Virus record (IMG/VR): IMGVR_UViG_3300028580_000125 | Coordinates: 1 to 64,000 of that record | Origin: a virus | Taxonomy: Duplodnaviria > Caudoviricetes | Length of the DNA stretch: 64,000 nt | Strand: one strand, 5' to 3' | Part shown: positions 54,901-61,194 of the stretch, piece by piece | How the letters are laid out: every line of letters begins with the position of its first letter | Position numbering within the stretch: position 1 is the first letter of the stretch | The notes under the pieces: model-generated | The model's database searches: none | What the model was told of the DNA's origin: nothing | The model's input: the letters and a program-made list of their open reading frames with translations, nothing else | Translations under genes and position numbers: made by a program

Positions 54901-56898
54901 CAAGCGGCAAAACAGCGCGCCGCCATGATCGCTGCTGAGCAAAAAGAAAACTACCCTGGCGCAAGCTGGACGGATGGAAAGAATGACCGTCTGCCAGATG
55001 AAATTCTTGGCGCACCGATTGACACCGAGGCAATGGAGCAAATCATCCGTGCGGCAACATCGAAGATTGCGGACAAGGAACGTGCCGCCGAAATCAATGA
55101 ACTGCTCACGTCTGGCGTTGCCGATGTGCTTAAGGCGCGTGGCTGGGGCGCGCACGGCATACAACGTAAAGGCATTCCAGGCTTTGAGCGTGAGGACATC
55201 ACGCGGGTGCTCTACGACTACAAATCCGGCCTGAATGGCTGGCTTACCAAGATGGAGGCCGCAAAGGATTTCAGCGAGGCGTTGTCGGGCATTGATGCAC
55301 GGCGCACTCCGAACCTTTGGAAGTACACGGCCCAATACGTCAAAGACATGCTGCGCAACTCTGATCGCGTGGACAGGATCACCGGCAATATCAAGTCTGT
55401 TGCCTTTGCCTGGTATCTTGGCGGCTCAATCAAAACTGCGTTTGTGAACGCCACCCAGAACCTTGTAGTGGGTGTGCCGCGCTTGCAGATGGATGTAACC
55501 GGCGGCGGCCGCCTCTGGCTCGATGGTGCGCAAAAAGCAATCATTGACCGGGTGACAGGCAGCAAGGGCAAAGGCCTTTCGGACGAAGAGGCAAAGCTCG
55601 TACATGAACTTTACGGCGAGAGCGTGATCACTGACGCTTTCATGGAAGAAGTGCGCGGGCATTTGCAGGGCTTCACCGGCGCTACGCTCTGGAACAAGTT
55701 CACTAAGGCATTGGGCCTGCCCATGAGCGAAGTTGAACGATTCAACCGGGCCAGTTTGGCCCTGGCCGCATTCCGCGCTGCGCGCAGCGGCAAGCTCAAG
55801 CAGCAGGCAAAAGAGAAGTATGGTGTCAGGGGCGAACAGGCGAATTATGACCAGGCGAAAGAATTTGCCACGGATGTAGTGCGAGATGCCCACTTTGTGT
55901 ACGGCAAGTCCAACCTGCCAGAGTTCATGCGCAGCAATACTGCCGGGCGGTCAATGGCTTCGCTCTATACGTTCCGCACGTTCACACACAACATGATTTC
56001 CATGTGGGCATGGGCGCTGGAATCGCAAGGCAAAGAAGGCGCTGCGTTTGTGGCGAAAAGCATAGGGGCCACAATGGCCCTTGGCGGCGTTACCGCCCTG
56101 CCCTTCTACGCAACCATTATGGCCTTGTGCCAGGCTGCCACCGGAGACGATGACGATTGGACAGAAAAACTCCGCTCCTGGCTGCCCAAGAACAACTTGC
56201 TGCGGGATGCTGTGTGCTACGGCACGCCAGCCATGGCCGGGGTAAACATTGGCGGCTCGCTCAAGATGGAGACGCCTATTACTGGCGGCCTTGCCAAGGG
56301 TAAGACGCCCAAAGAAATACTTACCCAGAGCATTGGGGATATAATCGGCGTTCCATACGATTTGCTGATCGAAAAGCCCTCCAAGATGATTGAGGCTCAC
56401 CGCAAGGGGAATACGTGGAGAATGATCGAAGAGGCCATGCCGGTTGCATTCAAGAGCGGCATGCAGGCTTGGCGGCTGTACACCCATGGGCAAACAACCA
56501 TGTCTGGACGGCCAATAAATGACCCTGGAACGCCAGGTGCGCGCAAGCTTTCGTCAAGTGAGGCCATAGGCAAGGCTCTTGGATTCCAGCCAGTCAGTAG
56601 CACAAAGAGCTATGATGCGTATGCCGCATCGCAGCATTCGAAACAGGTGCGCGACGACAAGCTTGATGACCTTACGGCCATGGCGCTGAAAACAGTCGAT
56701 ACTGGGGACCCGGCGGGCAGAAAGGAAATGCTCAAGGACCTCAAAAATTGGAACAGTCGCATGAAGGAAGAGGGCAAGCCCAATATGCTCATTGCACCCA
56801 AAGAAGTTATTCGCAGGGTGAAGGCACGCAGGCGCGAGAACAGGCCGACGCCAAAGAACCTGCGCGAAAAGGCACGGCTGCAGGCGTCTTGGAACTAA
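45955..56898 (+). CDS. Giant DarB-like polyvalent protein (N6-adenine MTase + SNF2 helicase + zincin-like motif + PLxRFG-like C-terminal region)
   Basis: LARYVGWGG, VLEPSMGVGNF, ISNVPF (MTase); AHAVGAGKT, VDEAHNFKN, ATGTPISN, QREGRILRQGN (SF2); AHEQIVHHGL; YFPHHRYGNY. Confidence 0.9.
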   Translation: MPKQKAPRPTKTNTGDYLLDFDGTDFSQFGGQQAQQQEEEPGLMSKIGSSAQAIAEGATMLPGQIADTLRDAYHGGDVDVTDTDAIRARQAREQERADYGKKYDGKAFEGVTDAMNSMGYSMGTMGASLGAAALASPAGPIAAGAAGMAASGAMAYRATKQQFLQQMLGETEKVLGRLPTQDEWDKIATEFDGEATRYGAWEAGPEALSNLIMAKILGPLGKGLLRGSVGQGIKRIGGLYGEELATETATQMGQGQEEANVGLRDTAPGVWDAFKEIGPATFWQTTLMAGGKKGADMLANRMRARSQQVENNVDQTQQQGQGTTGLTNQAALPMAQGIFALPQGDGSIPMGSTDTGRGPIAAGVVAGQQPKPFLSDADHADTEAFVRAFEERERNRDDEEALIEYGQRQARSPAQLALDQGENVDLLSLPQGNAAMAMGTEDTGRGPIAPPTDYAGQPIATPYTPRPALPEQTSQSAGMGQWAGGRSQLAYGPKSEPQMMQGLGIMSQQGAPVQPQAMPTSAQINNTQAAPRSDTTAAANALGMPSPQAVPQEAMAPQRAQALPPIMQGIGAAPAQPTPAPQQAFTSQPQPEQNSRGPWLEVVHIGDSAPKAKPRPQQSQPAGRADDSRPIGKNSRGQQVFEDKNGVRSYADGGVRVSQSVGVIPGHGITFDGPDALYKSGKQEYLTNDEVKSLSGGTSEPESKKPSRIELIRQLPKEEQADARKLPNSKLLERVRQLSEVNTASEDQPGVVESNHAKEGEHAEANEGRTRGNEGKAEPGVRNPDEAVGNPADGSHEEVHAEPGEGMADGRRAEGARGLHSGTGSERGKHAGRYGEEADRKGDERGRSVADGARSGDAGLLATSGTRARGVKDFRISPDDHIGEGGKVAKFNDNLSAIRTLKEIEQSGRPATEDEQRTLARYVGWGGLPEVFAEGGKADPALTRRRAELRELLSPKEFEEARRSTTNAHYTSPEIIMAMWDAIKRMGFKGGKVLEPSMGVGNFIGLMPNDVYKKSHVTGIELDGITARIAKLLYPKQTILSQGFETAKLRDGSFDLAISNVPFGDYKLHDTRYAKHNLFIHDYFITRALDLVRPGGVVAFITTSGSLNSGRSMNMRQLAADKARLLGAIRLPGTSFSKNALTDVTTDILFLQRLGEGETNTSPAWKDVVDTDVVSEKTGKPLRNNEYYSAHPEMMLGQLADDKLYPGRTALKDDGRDMPAALGDALKTLPEGVFSGEGLRHEDQKATANVQMQDAKEGQLLLDGKGNIVQVSDGELKNYPADGKKAARIAGMIGVRDALRSNLRAQMNGDEDSIAHSRTALNDAYDAFVKQHGFLNDNANRLAMSEDPDFPLLQALENNYTKGKNGAPSKAEKADIFTRRTIAEPKIIEHAETPQDALHAQLADIGRVDIPGIAKMTGLSEQAVIDDLHGTIFQNPKGTRWETADDYLSGNVRKKLAEAKKAAEKDVKFKENVKALEAVQPQDVPPQDIRVDLGAGWVPSARVEEFAAKVLGISPSDVSARYSKELAQWSLNVKKSGLSNEYGTPERSALELLNDSLNLKQAKIQIDTPEGVIVNKEATIAAREAQRKLHEEFSRWILEDEKRAAELARIYNDTYNAMRLYEADGSHLVLPGIADTIEGKPFALRPHQKSAVWRIIQKGNTLVAHAVGAGKTYEMIAAGMEMKRLGMINKPLYVVPNHMLEQWSREFLQAYPAANILVASKADLQKEKRRKFVSRIATGNWDAVVMTHSSFGRIPISVERKEKHIRDQIEQYESALRAENEEKKAGRGRSENRLVKQLEKQKMRLEEKLRTLLEDGKNAKDNQVNFEELGVDFMFVDEAHNFKNLSYVTRMQRIAGLPNSHSQRAEDMLLKTQYLDELHPGRSLVFATGTPISNTVAEMYTMTRYVAPHLLRESGLEMCDSWARQFGRTVTGMEISPDGRNFRENTRFSRFTNVPELLTMFRSFADVKTKEDLDLPLPDLKGGKPEVVSVKPSESLTNYVDELVARAEKIRGGSVDPRKDNMLKVTSEGRLAALDMRLIDDTLPADPNGKVARATDNIYDIWKSTSKDRLAQMVFCDLSVPSKQRAKGLKEAENQDQDGEAAKPEASPDDLLAAASRGSFSVYDEIKNNLVDMGVPADEIAFIHDFNGDKAKAQLFKDVRAGKVRVLLGSTAKMGEGTNVQERLVALHHLDAPWKPSAVEQREGRILRQGNKNKEVQIYTYVTENSFDAYMWQLLESKARFVATSMRSGVTERDMDDISVTELSAAEAKAAATGDKRILEKVGLDNTISRLTVLKREFDRNQWAKGREVAESKSRLATLTDILAAEKKDLSLAATLTGKNFALTLRGKEYTKSTDAAAAIISIVSDKSIPSGAVIGKAGGFDITMWRKATGYEFSLSGESSFSTGDTTSSEGAVTRIVKGASPENSASRIAATEEAIAKTNRRLDGATKWLTNNKSFDRQEELETALARSQELDDELGLSASKDASVISNEADSDNDLMASKVNPGEYLPPVDGKKGMRLEDVQTVADKIGKLAKNAAASRVVQGFDELPYSIRERYSDAKNSVEGVFDPRSGVVWMVADNLSDPTRAAEVWAHEQIVHHGLRGLLPADARRRVLNQLWLGAGGMKNGMVKDIASRYGLAPTRSLQDRQTVMEEVIAALAEKKGQGLLERAEGNLWRRVVSALYRAWNSLVRAVSGREGAMNMDNIDALLSALGRHVIDGESSGITQKAGPFEQAVAPASMSTEGDGGVELASLSPKDILGLTGIKAAKIADAPEIHHMFKKDDLSLMQSIFNLPHWIAKKAPAFAKVYERQLQRLDDRSSALKESLETAPSIFGKDRLKPADMDSLKKLLWEHEGRDAWQIDASGVDKFVTKETLANGRELISVNPEFYREYKKWLGGLEGTKAAKDAMLEIRKSLDEDLVRAHNRMAAMSEMSDDAIREFRQSIGHVPNYFPHHRYGNYFIQAKIGDEVVFRQHFDALNTQAAKQRAAMIAAEQKENYPGASWTDGKNDRLPDEILGAPIDTEAMEQIIRAATSKIADKERAAEINELLTSGVADVLKARGWGAHGIQRKGIPGFEREDITRVLYDYKSGLNGWLTKMEAAKDFSEALSGIDARRTPNLWKYTAQYVKDMLRNSDRVDRITGNIKSVAFAWYLGGSIKTAFVNATQNLVVGVPRLQMDVTGGGRLWLDGAQKAIIDRVTGSKGKGLSDEEAKLVHELYGESVITDAFMEEVRGHLQGFTGATLWNKFTKALGLPMSEVERFNRASLALAAFRAARSGKLKQQAKEKYGVRGEQANYDQAKEFATDVVRDAHFVYGKSNLPEFMRSNTAGRSMASLYTFRTFTHNMISMWAWALESQGKEGAAFVAKSIGATMALGGVTALPFYATIMALCQAATGDDDDWTEKLRSWLPKNNLLRDAVCYGTPAMAGVNIGGSLKMETPITGGLAKGKTPKEILTQSIGDIIGVPYDLLIEKPSKMIEAHRKGNTWRMIEEAMPVAFKSGMQAWRLYTHGQTTMSGRPINDPGTPGARKLSSSEAIGKALGFQPVSSTKSYDAYAASQHSKQVRDDKLDDLTAMALKTVDTGDPAGRKEMLKDLKNWNSRMKEEGKPNMLIAPKEVIRRVKARRRENRPTPKNLREKARLQASWN
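48239..48568 (+). CDS. Nested +1-frame gene inside the DarB-like ORF; DUF1896/TnpV-like helical protein (109 aa)
   Basis: AAGGAGG at 48226-48232, 6 nt before the ATG; extended -10 TGGTAGAAT at 48206-48214; protein-like helical sequence, whereas the host frame here is low-complexity. Confidence 0.65.
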   Translation: MQKQTKEERAEMKEKLNQVYATLTKPLETQLMDHMKKYTPNQVKEWLTDDGPKALADFIQEQVASAESTRDDTAKKLIEKGMSEGEAWPMAREVAMQDFWPQAEPGREG

Positions 56899-56935
56899 AC
56901 GCAACATTGCCAAATTGCGAAATCTGTCAATTTTG

Positions 56936-56973
56936 GGCCGGGGGACACAACGCCTCCGGCCTTTGCTTTTTTT
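56936..56973 (+). terminator. Rho-independent terminator after the giant gene
   Basis: GGCCGGGGG...CCTCCGGCC followed by a T tract. Confidence 0.65.
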
Positions 56974-56997
56974 GCCGGATCATTTAGATTTTGCTTC

Positions 56998-57276
56998 ATG
57001 GCAACAATGATTGACCCTCTCGTGAAGCTCGCAGCGCTTGGGGCATACCCCCATCTTGAGGTGAGTACAGACGGTTCAAAAAATGTCACACTGACCTTTG
57101 CGAGATCATCAACGCATAAGGCGCAACAACAGGCACAGGCGTTGCTAAAACGCTATGGAAGGTTGCTCCTCATGCAACTGGACGTAAAGCCTAGTTGCAT
57201 TCCAAGGACAGTTCAGCAGTTGGTTGCCAGTGGCAAGATCAGAATAGAGAACGGAAAATTCAAGTTGGTGATTTAA
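56998..57276 (+). CDS. Hypothetical protein
   Basis: 92-aa ORF at the prophage right end; weak RBS. Confidence 0.45.
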   Translation: MATMIDPLVKLAALGAYPHLEVSTDGSKNVTLTFARSSTHKAQQQAQALLKRYGRLLLMQLDVKPSCIPRTVQQLVASGKIRIENGKFKLVI

Positions 57277-57314
57277 AGCCAGACATGGACGAGGTGGGAT
57301 TGATGGCGGGTTCC

Positions 57315-57370
57315 TGTACAGGTATTTTGTACAGGTTGTATGTGGCATATTGTGGGTATTTTGTACAGGT
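57315..57370 (+). repeat. Three TGTACAGGT repeats, putative integrase arm-type sites (right end)
   Basis: Copies at 57315-57323, 57324-57336 and 57358-57370; same motif as at 5-31. Confidence 0.75.
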
Positions 57371-57428
57371 TTTGGACACATTGCACGCAAAATACCACAA
57401 TAAAAACAGAAGATTATGCTTAAAATAA

Positions 57429-57478
57429 CCGCCCTTACAAGGCGGGGGCCACAGGTTCAAGTCCTGTACTGCCCACCA
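57429..57478 (+). pseudogene. 3' portion of tRNA-Val (TAC) = attR core
   Basis: CCGCC-CTTACAA-GGCGG anticodon arm, ACAGG-TTCAAGT-CCTGT T arm, ACTGCCC-A-CCA; 5' acceptor strand and D arm absent. Confidence 0.9.
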
Positions 57479-57486
57479 AATAAATC

Positions 57487-57525
57487 GAAGGGTTACAGCT
57501 TTTGCTGTAACCCTTCTTTATTTTT
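57487..57525 (+). terminator. Terminator hairpin after the tRNA fragment
   Basis: 13-bp perfect stem GAAGGGTTACAGC-TTTT-GCTGTAACCCTTC plus T tract. Confidence 0.8.
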
Positions 57526-57895
57526 CCCAACACCATTCCCAACACGCGCACTAAAAAACAGAAACAACCAGTACAAGTCTCTCAGGCGAGATGCTCTTCT
57601 TTTTGGAGGAACTGAACAACTCGCAGCTGGTTCCTATCCTCACCCCCTCACCCCCTTCCACCATTTCGCTCTACTCACTTTTCGCTTGAATCATCGGTGC
57701 CACTCTAAACGCTGGCCTTCTGGAGTTGTGTAACTCTAGTGGGCCATTTTTTGTTTTTTCCAGGTATGGCTCGAGATGCCAAAACTCAAAAATATCCTAG
57801 AGCCGCGCGCCCTCGCCGTTTTTCAAAAATCGGCGTCATTGCACATGACTTAACCTCAGAGTACTCGCGAGAACTTTTTGTGGAGGAATAAGGAC

Positions 57896-58117
57896 ATGAA
57901 CGAACGAAGCGCGGTGGTGAATGAAAAGGATCAAAATCAATGGCTGACTGAAGTAGAAGTTAGCCTACTCACGAAGTTAAGTTTGTCAACGCTTAGGGCG
58001 CATAGGTTTTACCGCAAGGGTATGCCGTACTCAAAGGTGGGAAGATCTGTGCGGTACAGCTTGGCGGATGTAGCGGCTTTCATGGAATCTCGTCGGGTAA
58101 CCATTGAAAACGCGTAA
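57896..58117 (+). CDS. AlpA/excisionase-like HTH protein
   Basis: WLTEVEVSLLTKLSLSTLRAHR....GMPYSKVGRSVRY...DV..FM. Confidence 0.88.
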   Translation: MNERSAVVNEKDQNQWLTEVEVSLLTKLSLSTLRAHRFYRKGMPYSKVGRSVRYSLADVAAFMESRRVTIENA

Positions 58118-58239
58118 CTGTGAGAAGCTTATGCTGCATGCAAGGGATCCACCGTTACCGACGATATAGTTCACAAATCAGAAATGAAAATGATAACTTC
58201 TAACCCTCCTAGAATCGAGAGGCATCTTTGGAAGCTGAT

Positions 58240-58470
58240 ATGTCTAATAAAATGATTACCCTACCTGCGGGCAACGCCAGTGCCACATGCGAAGTCAATG
58301 ATACAAAAATGATGAACTCAGAGGTGCGTGATGCGCTTTCCAATCTTAAAGAAGAGATGCACGCTATGTTGCAGCTCCCACCGGAAGATCTGGCTAAAGT
58401 CGACCATATCGAGTGGAAGCTGGATTGGAAGCCTGTGTTGACCTCCCGCATTTACCCCAAAAAAGACTAA
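58240..58470 (+). CDS. Hypothetical protein
   Basis: Short ORF between the AlpA-like and AAA genes. Confidence 0.4.
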   Translation: MSNKMITLPAGNASATCEVNDTKMMNSEVRDALSNLKEEMHAMLQLPPEDLAKVDHIEWKLDWKPVLTSRIYPKKD

Positions 58471-58525
58471 GCCTATTACGAGGAGAAGCAGGGACTGCCT
58501 GCTTCTCCTGCTTTTGGAGGTAACA

Positions 58526-60982
58526 ATGACTTTTGATTATCGAAAAATGGTCAAGGAAGCGACGGAAACAGGCCAACCAGTCACCAGAGTTCGCCATCTA
58601 GTTTGTCAAGGCAATACTTCTGCCCCGGTTGCAGCAAAAACTATTGATACAACGGCAAAGGTTGTGCCTTCACACGACTATTCACAAACACCTTCTCTTG
58701 ATGTGCTTGACTATGCCCGGCGACGGAAGCTGCCGCCTTCCAAGACCATGATCTTTGTTTCAGCAAGCAAAAAAAAACATCCTTTCGAGATAACCCCGGA
58801 AAAGGTGGCTGAGACCATCCAGCAAATGGATCGCTTCGGCATTCCCGCATGCATGATGGACAGCCAGCAGGCTTACTTCTATATATCGCTGGTCGGCTAC
58901 GAGTTTACTTCCCTGAACGGATGGACGAAAATTAGAATCATTCGTGCCGTTGGCGGCAATGATGCTGATGCCAGGTTTTGGCAGTCTCATTTACGCTTGG
59001 AAGATTTCTTGCCGTGGGTCGTGAAAAAGTTGAATCGTGGCCCTGTGATTTCAGCCTTGGTTCTGGGAAGACTGATGTGTTTGAAGCCGGAATTTTGTTT
59101 TAGCGCATTTCCTGAAACCACCCAGCAGAGGGCTCAGTACTCGAAGGAAGCTCAAGTTGAGGATGCAACCCCGAAGGGCATCGTTGTGGGTGCCATCAAC
59201 TTCAAACGTCTACATATGGACATTCAGCGGGATCTAGACGACTCCATAATGCAGGCGGTGTGCCATTACTCTGATGGTAAAAATGACATATTTGCTCTCG
59301 CAGTCCGCGTTACTGGCGAGCAGGGCAAAGATTCACTAAAGATCGGCATGAAATCCGCCGTTGCGCATCTGCTGTCACGCGATATGATTGTTCGCCACCC
59401 CAAAGCCCCCGTGCTCATCTGCGTGGACATCAAAGTGGCTATTTCTTTTCGGGATGCAGCGCGTGAGGGACATGTTTTTGAACGAACTGGTGTGATCGTG
59501 TCGGGCTTTGCCGGTGGAGAAGAGACCCCAAAAGGCCTTCTGCTCAGTGATGTGGCTGGGCATTCCGTAACCATCGTCTCCACTCCTGGGCAAAAAGGCT
59601 GGGATGGGGTTGACCTGCTGGTCAAACGCTGCCTTGAGAATGGTGCTACTGACGTAAATGTTTATCCATGGCCCATAATGCAAGGGGGCGTTCCGGATAT
59701 TTCCTCATATAAGCCGGGAATGCAGGATAACGTGCTTGCCAAGACGACTAACCTTGACACGCTGGAATTGCCTTCACAACTGGTTGCCCGCATCAGGCGC
59801 GAGGCCATTCCGATTGAAGATATGACATCATGGAAAAAGAACGTGCTGCTCCTTGAAAAAGCCCCTACATGCATAGAAGGAGAACAATCCTGCCAGACGG
59901 ATTTTGAAATTGTCACGTTCGAGATGCTGCCTGATGTCGTTCCTAGAGAGGATGACGTCCCTGTGGCCGTGAGGCAAATGTTTACTCCGCAGTATACCAC
60001 CTTGATTTGGGGGGCTTCAAATGCGGGAAAAAGCTGGCTGGGTATTGAACTGGCAACATCTTTGACCACGGGAACACCCTACCTCTATTTTACAGCCTCT
60101 GCTCCTTGTACGCTGTGCTACCTGGATGGCGAGGTCGGCTCTGACTTTAAGCCTAGGGTAAATCAGCTTCTGCAGGGGCGTGAAGAATTTCTTCCTCTTC
60201 TGAGAAAAAACCTCTTTGTGATTTCTGCCAAGGGTGGGCTTAATATTCTTGACGGAGAAACGCAGAAAATCCTCATAGGCAAGCTGCAAAAATCTGGAGT
60301 CAAATGCATAGTCATCGACAATCTGCTTTCCCTCGCCCCGACAGCTTCAAAAAGTAATTCCACTCCGTTCTTTGATTTTATCCACAGGATAGAAAAGCTT
60401 GGTATTGGCGTCATTGTGCTGCACCATGCCGGTAAAACAGGCAAAGACTTCAAGGGGCCTGTAGATCTTGCCAGCCTGTGCCAGAATGTCATTCACCTTG
60501 AAGGCCGTGATCAGCTTGAAAAGGAAATAAGTAAAGACGATGAAGGCGATGATGAACCGTTAAGTCAGGATCTGACCGAGGCCCTTGAAGGCGACGGTCC
60601 TGTGGTACGAATGACCATTGAAAAATGTAAAATTGCCCCGGAGCTTGAACGCCGGAAGATGGTGTACAAATTGCCTGTTGGCGGAATCTGGAAGTTTGTT
60701 GAAGGGGATATGCCAGTGTTAGCACTGGACGGATCGGATGAATATCCTGAGAGGATTGGGGGCAAGCAACCTGCCGTTAACGGCAACCTCACAAAAAATC
60801 AGCAGACGGTCTACGCATTTTTCCAGCATCACCCGGAAAGGGATATCATGAATAAAGATATTCAGAATCTTCTGGGTGTTAAGGAAGGTGCAAGCCGCAA
60901 TGTACTAAAGGATCTGGAACGGATGGGTTACATTGAACGCTTTGGTAAGGACAACCAGACCATCTATCGGTTGAAAAAATAG
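58526..60982 (+). CDS. AAA_25/RepA-like helicase with possible degenerate TOPRIM region and C-terminal winged HTH
   Basis: Walker A WGASNAGKS, YLDGE, Walker B IVIDNL, VLHHAGK; C-terminal wHTH; GGAGG RBS. Confidence 0.75.
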   Translation: MTFDYRKMVKEATETGQPVTRVRHLVCQGNTSAPVAAKTIDTTAKVVPSHDYSQTPSLDVLDYARRRKLPPSKTMIFVSASKKKHPFEITPEKVAETIQQMDRFGIPACMMDSQQAYFYISLVGYEFTSLNGWTKIRIIRAVGGNDADARFWQSHLRLEDFLPWVVKKLNRGPVISALVLGRLMCLKPEFCFSAFPETTQQRAQYSKEAQVEDATPKGIVVGAINFKRLHMDIQRDLDDSIMQAVCHYSDGKNDIFALAVRVTGEQGKDSLKIGMKSAVAHLLSRDMIVRHPKAPVLICVDIKVAISFRDAAREGHVFERTGVIVSGFAGGEETPKGLLLSDVAGHSVTIVSTPGQKGWDGVDLLVKRCLENGATDVNVYPWPIMQGGVPDISSYKPGMQDNVLAKTTNLDTLELPSQLVARIRREAIPIEDMTSWKKNVLLLEKAPTCIEGEQSCQTDFEIVTFEMLPDVVPREDDVPVAVRQMFTPQYTTLIWGASNAGKSWLGIELATSLTTGTPYLYFTASAPCTLCYLDGEVGSDFKPRVNQLLQGREEFLPLLRKNLFVISAKGGLNILDGETQKILIGKLQKSGVKCIVIDNLLSLAPTASKSNSTPFFDFIHRIEKLGIGVIVLHHAGKTGKDFKGPVDLASLCQNVIHLEGRDQLEKEISKDDEGDDEPLSQDLTEALEGDGPVVRMTIEKCKIAPELERRKMVYKLPVGGIWKFVEGDMPVLALDGSDEYPERIGGKQPAVNGNLTKNQQTVYAFFQHHPERDIMNKDIQNLLGVKEGASRNVLKDLERMGYIERFGKDNQTIYRLKK

Positions 60983-61035
60983 CATCCAGAGAAATTAGGG
61001 GTGCATGACTCAATGAAGGTTAGCACCATTTTTGC

Positions 61036-61064
61036 AAATCCCCGGCCTCACCGGGGATTTTTTT
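61036..61064 (+). terminator. Rho-independent terminator between convergent genes
   Basis: AAATCCCCGG-CCTCA-CCGGGGATTT plus T tract. Confidence 0.8.
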
Positions 61065-61194
61065 GGCGATACTATACTTGCATAGAAGGGCAAGGTATTG
61101 AAGCCTAAATGCCCAGCTTTTCAACCACATGCAATAGCCGCTTTGAAACAGGAAGCTGAGATGGACTGTTGCTTACTTGACAGGTACAATCATA

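Larger units (their letters stand above)
1..57478. mobile_element. Temperate prophage (podovirus-type virion module, N4-gp56-like capsid) integrated at tRNA-Val; carries a DGR
   Basis: Integrase at left edge; CI/Cro/CII switch; replication, terminase, portal, capsid, tail and lysis genes in order; 3' tRNA fragment at right end; TTTTGTACAGGT repeats at both ends. attL lies left of the window. Confidence 0.95.

Noticed and set aside
57429-57478. A functional tRNA-Val gene
   Set aside because: The 5' acceptor strand and D arm are missing and replaced by AT-rich phage sequence; it is the att duplication.
57416-57733. 105-aa ORF spanning the att site
   Set aside because: It runs through the tRNA fragment and terminator, so it is most likely spurious.
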